DNA from: Prasinococcaceae sp. CCMP 1430
Lineage: Eukaryota; Plantae; Prasinodermophyta
Reading direction: 5' to 3'
Length of the DNA stretch: 17,063 nucleotides
NCBI GenBank assembly: GCA_013416795.1
Contig: RQSC01000015.1
Location: 469,780-486,842, forward strand
Made by a program: the position numbers and the translations under genes. Under the pieces are notes generated by a model. It searched no databases and was not told the origin of the DNA. It saw only the letters and a program-made list of their open reading frames with translations. Positions 9,507 to 17,063 of this stretch are shown here, piece after piece. The stretch's first letter is position 1. Each line of letters starts with the position of its first letter.

Positions 9507-11244
9507 TCACTCGCCGCCGCCCCAGCCCGCGTACGACTCCTTGAGGCTCTCCTCACCACCCTCGGCCTCCTCCAGCGGGCAGATGCTGATCCCTGTGTGC
9601 GCGAGAGCGCGCGTGCGCGCCGCGCGAGAGCGTGTCAGCAGCAGGCGCCCGAGCGCGCTCCTGCGACCAGGCCCGGCGCGTGTGAGTGCGCGGAACGCGG
9701 CGCGGCGCCGGATGGGGCGTCCGCGCGGCACGCACCCTCCTCCCCCGCGACCGCCACCACGCCGACAGAACGCCCCGTCCAGAGCCCGTGCGCTACCACG
9801 CCGGGCACGGACTCGATGTCGCGCACGATGGCGTCCACGTTGTGGCACGGGAGCGTGCCAGGACCTGGCGGCAAGGAGCAAAGGGCGAGAGGGGCCAAGT
9901 CAGCTTCGTGCACGCGAGCGAGCGGGCGCGCGCATGCGCACACGCCCACGCGCGCGCGCACCTTCGCCCCCCCTCTCCTCGAAGAGCAGGTCAAGCACGT
10001 AGTTTCCCCGAGGCGTCACGTAGGGCTCGCTGCCGCCGCGCGGGTCTGTCAGCCCGCGCACGGAGCGCCGCCACACCTCCGCGTCGCCGATGAAGAGGTC
10101 GTCGAGTTCCTCCGCGACCTCCTCCCACTCCGAGGCGGCCACCTCGACAGGCACCGACCCGCGCAGCGGCGACACGTCAGCATCGTACACGAGCGCGACC
10201 GTGAGCTTGGCGCCCGCTGCGAGCTCCTTCTCTTTCCCTGCGTGCGTGCGGACAGGGCACACGGCCGCGCGGGGGGCGAGCGGTCAGCGTCCACGGCCCG
10301 CAGGCGGCGGCCAGGGCCTCACGCGCATGCGCGCTTTGCGCACGAAGCTCCGAGACGACTGCACGCACCCATGACGTCCCATGCGCCGGCTTTGAGTCCC
10401 TGCACGTGCCTGCCCTTGACGAACCCCAGCGGGTCGGGCTGCAGGCTGTCGGCCTCGACGAACATCACGTCGAGCGCGGGCGCCTCGAGCTCGCGTGCCA
10501 TCGGCAGGCCCACGCGCGCGGCGTACGCTCCGGCGTCGGCCCCAGCCGCGACGGCGGTAAGGGCCGCGAGGTCGTCGCCCGAGTCGCGCAGGCGCAGCGA
10601 CAGCGCCTCTGTCACCAGCTTGGCGACGGGCCCCGAGCCCAGGCCGACCACCATGCCGTCGCTCACGTACGTGCGCGCGACGAACTCCGCGGCGGACGCC
10701 AAACACTCGTATCGGCCGCTCGGCACGCGCTCCTCGCCACCCTTCGCGCCCGCCTCTGCGGCTTCGCCGCCCTGGCCGCCCTCGCGGTCGACGCGCGGCT
10801 GCGGCGGCGGCCTGCGCCTCCGCCGCNNNNNNNNNNNNNNNNNNNNNNNNNNNNNNNNNNNNNNNNNNNNNNNNNNNNNNNNNNNNNNNNNNNNNNNNNN
10901 NNNNNNNNNNNNNNNNNNNNNNNNNNNNNNNNNNNNNNNNNNNNNNNNNNNNNNNNNNNNNNNNNNNNNNNNNNNNNNNNNNNNNNNNNNNNNNNNNNNN
11001 NNNNNNNNNNNNNNNNNNNNNNNNNNNNNNNNNNNNNNNNNNNNNNNNNNNNNNNNNNNNNNNNNNNNNNNNNNNNNNNNNNNNNNNNNNNNNNNNNNNN
11101 NNNNNNNNNNNNNNNNNNNNNNNNNNNNNNNNNNNNNNNNNNNNNNNNNNNNNNNNNNNNNNNNNNNNNNNNNNNGGCGGCCCGGCGCGGCGCGCTCGGG
11201 CCGCTGTAGGCGCGGACGGCGATGCTGCGGATGCTGAAGGGCAT
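9507..11244 (-). CDS. Divergent ribose-5-phosphate isomerase A-like protein (plant RPI4 type), complement(join(9507..9592,9736..9864,9962..10237,10369..11244)), interrupted by an N gap
   Basis: VSDGMVVGLGSG, EELDDLFIGDAEVWRR, TPRGNYVLDLLF and IESVPGVVAHGL. Three introns have GTGCGT/GTGCGC donors, GCTGAC branch sites and consistent phase 1. The ATG at 11244 begins the transit-peptide-like MPFSIRSIAVRAYSGPSAPRRAA, but the link across the gap is assumed. Confidence 0.85.
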
Positions 11245-11475
11245 TGGCGGGGAGGGAGGTGAGGATGTGCTCGCACGCGCGTGCCTGGTCCGGGGTCTGG
11301 GGTGGAGGGGGGTTTGTGCGTTCCGGGGTGGGGGAGGAGGAGGAGTGAGTGCACGTGCGCGCGATAGGCTGTGTGCTTGGACGCGAGCGCGAGCGCGCGC
11401 GCGCGCGCGCGCACTCGGCGCGCGAGCACGCGTCCGCTGACCTTTGCTCGTGCGCCCGACGGCCGCGTGGCACAG

Positions 11476-12589
11476 CCTCCCCCGCCGAGGGCTCGCGACG
11501 CGTCCACCGCGCGCAGCAGCGCGACGCCGACAGCGACAGTGGGCGCGATGAGCGGGCGCGACACAAACACAAGCACGTGCGGCCGCTGGGCTCGCTCCTG
11601 GCCGCGGGCGCCGCGCGCGAGATGGCCATGGACCCCAAAGGCGCCGAGGCCGCGTACAGGGTCGCCGTGGACGCGTACCCGGACGAGGTGCTGCCGAAGC
11701 TCTACCTCTCCAAGGCGATCAGCGACCAGATTTTCGCACAGGGCATGTCGAAGGAGGAGTCCCGAGCGACGGCAGAGGCGGCCGTGCGCATCTCGGAGGA
11801 GGTTGTCGCCGCGTACCCGCGCATGCCCAAGGCGCGAATGATGAACGCGTGCAACCTCGGGCGACTAGCGCTCGTCAGTGGCAACAAGCGCAAGGCACAG
11901 CTGGTGGGGCGCGTGCGCCGCGAGACCGAGGAGGCGCTGCGGCTGGTGCACGGGGAGGAGGCGGTGCGTGCGGTGACCGACGCCGAGGCCCGCATCCACG
12001 GCGAGGCCGCGGACGAGGCGCCCTCGCGCGAGGCGCCCTCGCCGGGCCCGCGCGCGGGCGCCGGGGGGCTGCTCCGGTCGGCGTCGGGGCTGGCGAAGCG
12101 CACGTCGAAGCGCATCGCTTCTGGGCTGACCGGCCACGGCTCGGGCCGACCAAAGTCGGGCCCCACGGTGACTGTTGAAGGCGAGTGGCTCGAGCCGTGG
12201 GAGGACCTCATGCACCACGCGCTGGGCGTGTGGCACCGCGAGATGGCGCAGATGCACCCCATGGTGCGCTGCCTCGTGCGCGTGATCTACGGCGAGGCTC
12301 TGGAGCGCGGCTCGTTCGAGAGCGCGCTGTATCACTTCCGGCGCGCGGGCGAGATCAACCCGCGCCTGGTGCACTCGGTGGAGTGCGCCAAGGCGCACAT
12401 CGCCATGGGCAATAGGGACAAGGCACGCGCGGAGGTGGCCGCGGGCCTGGCGCTGCCGCTGGAGGACGTGTCGAGCTGGCACATCTACAACGACGGCCTC
12501 GAGCTCAAGCGCGCGCTCGCCGCCGGCGGGGCGCCCCGCTACGGCGGGCACCCCAACCCCGAGCCGCTGCCGCCCGCGCGCGACGAGGG
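11476..12589 (+). CDS. RMDN/FAM82-like TPR helical-repeat protein, 5' start and 3' end uncertain
   Basis: NACNLGRLALVSGNKRKAQLV, HHALGVWHREMA, YGEALERGSFESALYHFRRAGEINPRLVHSVECAK and ALPLED follow the RMDN-like pattern as recalled, not searched. The first in-frame ATG is at 11622, but the TPR-like helix starts upstream of it. The ORF runs into the gap at 12590. Confidence 0.65.
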
Positions 12590-12745
12590 NNNNNNNNNNN
12601 NNNNNNNNNNNNNNNNNNNNNNNNNNNNNNNNNNNNNNNNNNNNNNNNNNNNNNNNNNNNNNNNNNNNNNNNNNNNNNNNNNNNNNNNNNNNNNNNNNNN
12701 NNNNNNNNNNNNNNNNNNNNNNNNNNNNNNNNNNNNNNNNNNNNN

Positions 12746-14752
12746 GCGCGCGGGCGGCGCCGGCGGGGGGGGGCGGCGCGGGCGGCCGCGTGGCGTCCAT
12801 CGACCACCTGCGGGCGCTGTCGATGCTGGGCGTCATCGCGCACCACTTCGCCGGCTGCGGGATGATGGCGCTCTGCTTTGCCCGGCCGGAGAGCGTGCGC
12901 GATGCGTGGAGCGACGAGCTGCTGCTCCCCGGCTCGCAGCGCTCGCTGCTCAGGGTGTGGCCGCGGTTGCTCACGAAAATGTGTGAGCGCGCTCGCATGG
13001 CGCTCCCGCCGCCGCCGTTGATGCCAAGAGGCGCCCCGCGCGCGCACCGCACGGTGAGGCGCTAACGTGTGGCGCCCGCGCACGCACTCGCCACATATGG
13101 CCCGCGCTCGCAGGACCTTCGCGAGCTTCTTGTACACGAGCGGCTACGTTGCGCGGCAAAAGGAGGTGCGCGCGTTTGCCGCAGCGAAGCGAGCGGCGAT
13201 CGCGCGCAAGTGTCAGAGGGAGGCCGCCGCCAAGGCGGAGAGCGACAGCGCCATGGAGGCGGGTGCCAGCGATGTTGGGAATGGCGAGAGCGAGAGCTCC
13301 GCGGCGGTCGCTTCCTCCGAGGGTGCCGCGCTCGGCTGCGCCTGCCTCGCGCTTGACGGCGCGGGCACGCGGGCGCTGCGCGCGTGGCTGCAGCTCGCAC
13401 GCGCCACGCTCCTGGAGCCGCTGTACGTGGCCTGCGCGTGGGTGGCGTTCGTTGGGCCGATCACGCACGCGCTGCTGGAAGAATACGGATGGGCCACGCC
13501 GCTGCGCGCAGGTGAGAACTCGGCGGGGCACATGTGGTTCATCTTCGCGCTGGTGGCGGCACGAGCAATGATCATGGCCCTCAACGCGGCCAAGGTTGGC
13601 AAGCACGCGTCCCTCGCGACCATGCTGTGCGTGGGCCTGTCGACGTGCGCTCTGTGGCCTGCGCAGCGAGCGGTCGACGGCCTGGAAACGAATTTTAGCG
13701 TGAAGCTGTGGCACCAGCCCTTCCGCCCGCAGGTCTTTTCGCTGTGCTACTGGTATGGGTGGGGCTACCTTCTCGGAGACGACACGGAGGAGGTCGTCGC
13801 CGGGCTGCGTGCACACATGCACGGTCGCAAGGTACGGGCCGCGCGCGCGCGCGCGTTAGCACGCGCTCGCGCCTATTCTCCTTGCGCTCGTCGATACGAG
13901 TCAGCTGACGCCGGCTCATCGGCCCTTGCACGCCGCGCGCCACGCGCAGGCGGCCGCGCTCGGCCTGGCCATCCTCGCAGTCGGCGGCGCCTCCCTGCTC
14001 CCACTCGATACCTTCACCTCTGGCACTGTCGTGCCGTACTCGGTGGTGCACAATCCGGAGAGGCTGCTTATGGTGCTAACGGTAGACATCCCCTACATGG
14101 CTTCGTGCATAGTCCTCTGGCTCGTGCTGCTGCCCAACGCGCCGGTGCCGCTCTGGTCGGCGATGGGCCAGACGACCATGACCACATTCCTCTGGCACCA
14201 GTCGGCGATGGCGTTCCTCAAGGTGCGGGCGTCCCAGACTCCCCGTGCGCGTTCGGCGGGGCGTTGGGTGCTCGCCCTACGCTTGCCGGCGATGCGCGCT
14301 GCGCGCGCGCGCGCCCGAGTCGCAAGTGGCGCCCAGTCCGTGCCTGCGCTCCTGACGCTCGCGCGATCGCGATCGCGCGCGGCGCCGTTGCTCTCCGCTC
14401 TGTTCCGCGGCAGAGCCCCGCTTTGGGGCTCTTCGACTGGCTCGCCGCGCTTCCGCCGCTCGTCGCGCTTGCCGCGTCCGTGCTCGTGCCGTGGATGCTC
14501 TACGTCGCCTGCGCAGCCCCCTTCATGTGCCAGAAGCGACTGGCAGAGGGGACCTTCGCCCTGTACACCGCCGCCGCGTTCACCTTCGCAGGAGTGCTGC
14601 TGTGGTGCACTCGCCAGCGTTTCGACCTGTTCGAGTTCGAGTTCGGAGGGGCGCGCGCGAGCCAGCCGCGCCTGAGCGTTGCCGCAGGCGTCAGGGCGCG
14701 CAACGTCGTGCGCGCCGCGTTGGCGCGGGGCGCGGAGCCGGCGGCTGACTGA
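12746..14752 (+). CDS. Acyltransferase-3 (OafA-like) multi-pass membrane protein, join(<12746..12980,13114..13831,13950..14222,14414..14752)
   Basis: RVASIDHLRALSMLGVIAHH (R..D.LR....V...H motif), SFLYTSGY, HMWFIFAL and MGQTTMTTFLWH. Introns 12981-13113, 13832-13949 and 14223-14413 have CTRAC branch sites and consistent phases. No ATG is visible between the gap and the domain start. Confidence 0.75.
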
Positions 14753-15047
14753 GACGGCGCGCCCGTGGCGGGCTCCGCGCCGCCCACGGGCACGACGGAC
14801 CGGCCGGAGGCAGATTCTAAACCCTGATTATCAATATATTATGTGTGTCGAACCCAAACCACCATCGGCGAGCGCCCCCCCCCTCCCCCCCACGAGGGGC
14901 GGAATCGCGCGGCATTACCGTGTGGAGATGGGCGAGAGGGCCCCGGGACGCCCCTCAGAGGCGGCTGGATCGCGGCGAGCTGGATGTAGCCGCCGCCCAA
15001 AAATTGCGACACACACAAAGTGACACACGTCACATTTTGACCCGAAC

Positions 15048-15298
15048 ACTACGTATTTCATATCGACACGCACGGTTAGACTTACACTGTACGTACAGTA
15101 CTAGCTACTAGCTAGACTAGTACTACACACACGCGAGGTCGACGCTGCACTCTAGGGGTAGAGGCGCCCACGGGCGCCGCGCCACAGGCGCGGCGCCCTA
15201 AGTTTTTAGTTTGGACCGAGGTACAGTACCCTTTCAGCACAGTCGCTAGACTAGGACTACGTATGTCATACCGACACGCACAGTTAGACTTACTGTAC
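15048..15298 (+). repeat. Direct repeat of about 45 bp (15048-15092 and 15256-15298) with internal palindromes and a 12-bp GC hairpin
   Basis: ACTACGTATtTCATAtCGACACGCACgGTTAGACTTAcaCTGTAC versus ACTACGTATgTCATAcCGACACGCACaGTTAGACTTACTGTAC. Hairpin GGGCGCCGCGCC-ACA-GGCGCGGCGCCC at 15172-15198. Confidence 0.9.
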
Positions 15299-15327
15299 AC
15301 GTATGTGCAGTGCGCACGCGCGCGCTG

Positions 15328-15723
15328 GCGCGCGCGCGCGCGCGCGCATTGCGGAGGGAGGTGGAAAAAGATTTGGCGCGCGCGCTCGCGCGGCTGTGCG
15401 CCACACGCGCCACACACGCGCGCGCGCGCGCGCGCGCGCGCGCGCGCCGCCGACCCCCAACCTCTCCCGCCGATGTGACGGGTGCAACATCACTGCCGCG
15501 ACGCACAGATATAAACCCTACTTATGTGGGAATCTCAAAGGGGAAAAGCGCGCGCGCGCGACATCCTCGGCGGCGCGCGCGCGCGCGCGCGCGCGCGCCG
15601 GCGGCGGTTTGGGGTGAACCCGAACCGCTGCGCGGCAGCGGTAGGATGATTCGAACGCGATTGAGGGAAATTGGGAACCCTAAAGCCAATTGAGACCGCG
15701 CGCGCGCGCGCGCGCGCGCGCGC
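15328..15723. repeat. Cluster of five perfect (CG)n runs
   Basis: Runs at 15328-15347, 15417-15447, 15548-15560, 15573-15598 and 15697-15723. The last one runs into the gap. Confidence 0.97.
15510..15520 (+). promoter_or_regulatory. TATAAA overlapping a telo-box (AAACCCTA) upstream of the Lon-domain gene
   Basis: TATAAACCCTA lies about 200 nt before the gap that probably holds the start codon. Function is inferred. Confidence 0.35.
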
Positions 15724-15766
15724 NNNNNNNNNNNNNNNNNNNNNNNNNNNNNNNNNNNNNNNNNNN

Positions 15767-16650
15767 CGGCGACGGCCGCCGCGCGCGCCAAGCCCGCGCC
15801 GCGGCCGCTGGAGCGCGAGCTGCTGGTGCTGCCGCACTCCGAGTGCGTCTTCCCGGGCGAGGACGTCGTGCTGCAGCTCAAGGAGATTCCGCAGCTCGAG
15901 CTCGTCGACCACGCCATCAACAACGCGAGGAGGCTCAACAGGCAGCCCATCATAGGCATAGTGGTGGCCGACCAGGAGAGCGGCCGCATGGAAAACGTGG
16001 GCGCGCTGGTGCGCCTGGGGGCCGTCACGCACACGGGCGTGTGCGGCGCGGTGCTCGCCGGCGAGGCCGTCGGGCGCTTCAAGGTGCAGCGGCTGCGCCG
16101 CATGAAGCCGTACGTGGTGGCCAAGACGCGGGACGTGCACGACGTGCTCCCCGCCGACGCCGACGCCGAGGCGGCCGCCGGCGTCATCGAGGAGCGCGTG
16201 TGGCAGCGCGCGCGCGAGGCGCGCGAGCTCGCCAACGAGCTCTACGGCCACCTGCGCGCGGCGGATCCCTACGGCGACGACCCCGAGGGCGACGAGATGC
16301 TCGACCTGAGCCAAACCTCCAAGTGGCGGCCGTCGGCCACGCTGCTGGAGCCCAGCGTGCTCAACGCGGCGGCCGCGGAGGCCGACTCGGCGGCCGCCGC
16401 CGCGGGGGAGTGCGAGGTGGTGTGGGGCGGGCACGACACCGACTACACGCTCGAATGCGAGGCGCGCCGTCGCCAGCGCTTCTCCTTTGCGCTGGCGCGC
16501 GCGCTGCAGCTCGACGCAGACATGGAGCAGCTCGTGCTGCGCGGCACCTCGACGACGCAACGGCTGCGGTGGTTGGAGCACCACCTCGACGAGGGGCTGG
16601 GCTACCTGCGCGCGCGGCGCAGCCTGCGCTCGGCGCTCTCCGAGGAGTGA
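15767..16650 (+). CDS. Lon protease N-terminal (substrate-binding, PUA-like) domain protein without ATPase or protease domains, start probably in the N gap
   Basis: ELLVLPHSECVFPGEDVVLQL, VGALVRL, AVGRFKVQRLRRMKPYVVAK, and a C-terminal FSFALA...STTQRL segment typical of stand-alone LON_substr_bdg proteins. TGA at 16648-16650. Confidence 0.75.
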
Positions 16651-16899
16651 GCCGCGCATGCCCATTTTTCCCGCGCGTGCGCGCGGTGCTCGCGTCGGCC
16701 GGCCGCACGCGAGGCGTCGCAGGCGCGCCTTGTACACAACAAAGTAGTAACAAGCGCCGAATCGCGCGCCATTCGATCTCTCTCGAGCACCAACTGGCGG
16801 GGCTGTGCACTCGCAAGAGGCAAGTGCGGATCGCTCCTCTCGGGCCGTTCGCGTCCGCCCATCAGAGCGCGACGCGCGGCCCGCTCTCGCGTGCTCCTC

Positions 16900-17063
16900 T
16901 CAGTACGGCGCGAAGCGGCGGCGCCCCCCGCCACCGCCTCCCACCCTCTCCGGGCAGTCGCGTGCCCAGTGCCCGCTCTTGCCGCAGTGGAAGCACTCCA
17001 TGCTGCGCCCGCCGCCTCCCCCGCCGCCTCCCCCGCCGCCGTCGCCGCCCGCGCCGCCGCCGC
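16900..17063 (-). CDS. 3' end of a glycine-rich CCHC zinc-knuckle protein (likely RNA-binding), truncated by the window edge
   Basis: Manual translation: GGGAGGDGGGGGGGGGGGRSMECFHCGKSGHWARDCPERVGGGGGGRRRFAPY*. It contains a perfect C-X2-C-X4-H-X4-C. The stop is TGA at 16902-16900. Confidence 0.9.
   Translation of the reverse strand, partial: GGGAGGDGGGGGGGGGGGRSMECFHCGKSGHWARDCPERVGGGGGGRRRFAPY

Noticed and set aside
13511-13517. Strong donor-like CAG|GTGAG inside the AT3 exon
   Set aside because: The frame continues directly into the conserved HMWF motif, so no intron is needed.
899-14413. Introns as introner elements
   Set aside because: No shared sequence beyond splice signals and CG runs, and no terminal inverted repeats or target-site duplications were seen by eye.
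14817-14827. CTAAACCCTGA, matching the plant telomerase RNA template region
   Set aside because: It lies 65 nt after the AT3 stop, with no TATA or USE upstream and no recognisable pseudoknot. It is better explained as one of several telo-boxes. A covariance-model search would settle it.
14750-14830. Hairpin at 14761-14791 just after the AT3 TGA as a readthrough or selenocysteine signal
   Set aside because: The stop context is TGA-G, there is no SECIS ATGA/GA core, and the extension has no recognisable motif. Readthrough of the MDH and PhoD stops also gives no PTS1.
14839-15033. 64-codon minus-strand ORF with a coding-like core (GGGYIQLAAIQPP)
   Set aside because: It has a GTG start only, no in-frame upstream ATG or acceptor, and no recognisable domain.
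15055-15090. Minus-strand TCTAACCG..GTC resembling the plant U4 5' stem-loop
   Set aside because: The kink-turn AUGA/GAG and the U6-pairing segments are absent, and the sequence is part of a local direct repeat.
4958-15298. Repeat-spacer-like pairs as a CRISPR array
   Set aside because: Each has only two diverged copies, the context is eukaryotic and there are no cas genes.
1-17063. Dozens of long Arg/Ala/Pro-rich overlapping ORFs in the track (for example 682..1602, 2484..3980, 9414..11237, 15535..16737)
   Set aside because: They are antisense or shifted-frame shadows of real genes in GC-rich, stop-poor DNA. Several run through N gaps, and none has recognisable motifs.

Overview
This is a very GC-rich, compact eukaryotic nuclear locus with short GT-AG introns, four N gaps (5521-5596, 10827-11175, 12590-12745, 15724-15766) and one N at 3782. 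Gene content points to a green alga, plausibly prasinophyte-grade (inference from a plant-type mitochondrial MDH, a UhpC-type transporter and an RPI4-like protein). Genes in order: PhoD phosphatase (+, 3 exons), malate dehydrogenase (-), UhpC-type MFS transporter (+), COQ5 (-, 3 exons), prefoldin 5 (+, 2 exons), divergent RpiA-like protein (-, 4 exons), RMDN-like TPR region (+), acyltransferase-3 region (+, 4 exons, possibly fused to the TPR region across a gap), Lon N-domain protein (+), and the 3' end of a Gly-rich CCHC zinc-knuckle gene (-) that the ORF track misses. The least explained sequence lies in two intergenic regions, about 3900-5500 and 14753-15723. They hold a long branched fold-back, diverged tandem repeats with telo-boxes, a palindrome/CTAG-rich repeat mosaic and long (CG)n runs. 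Several organelle-protein genes have no obvious AUG ahead of their targeting region. No tRNA, rRNA, CRISPR array or transposase was seen. All structure and splice calls were made by eye.
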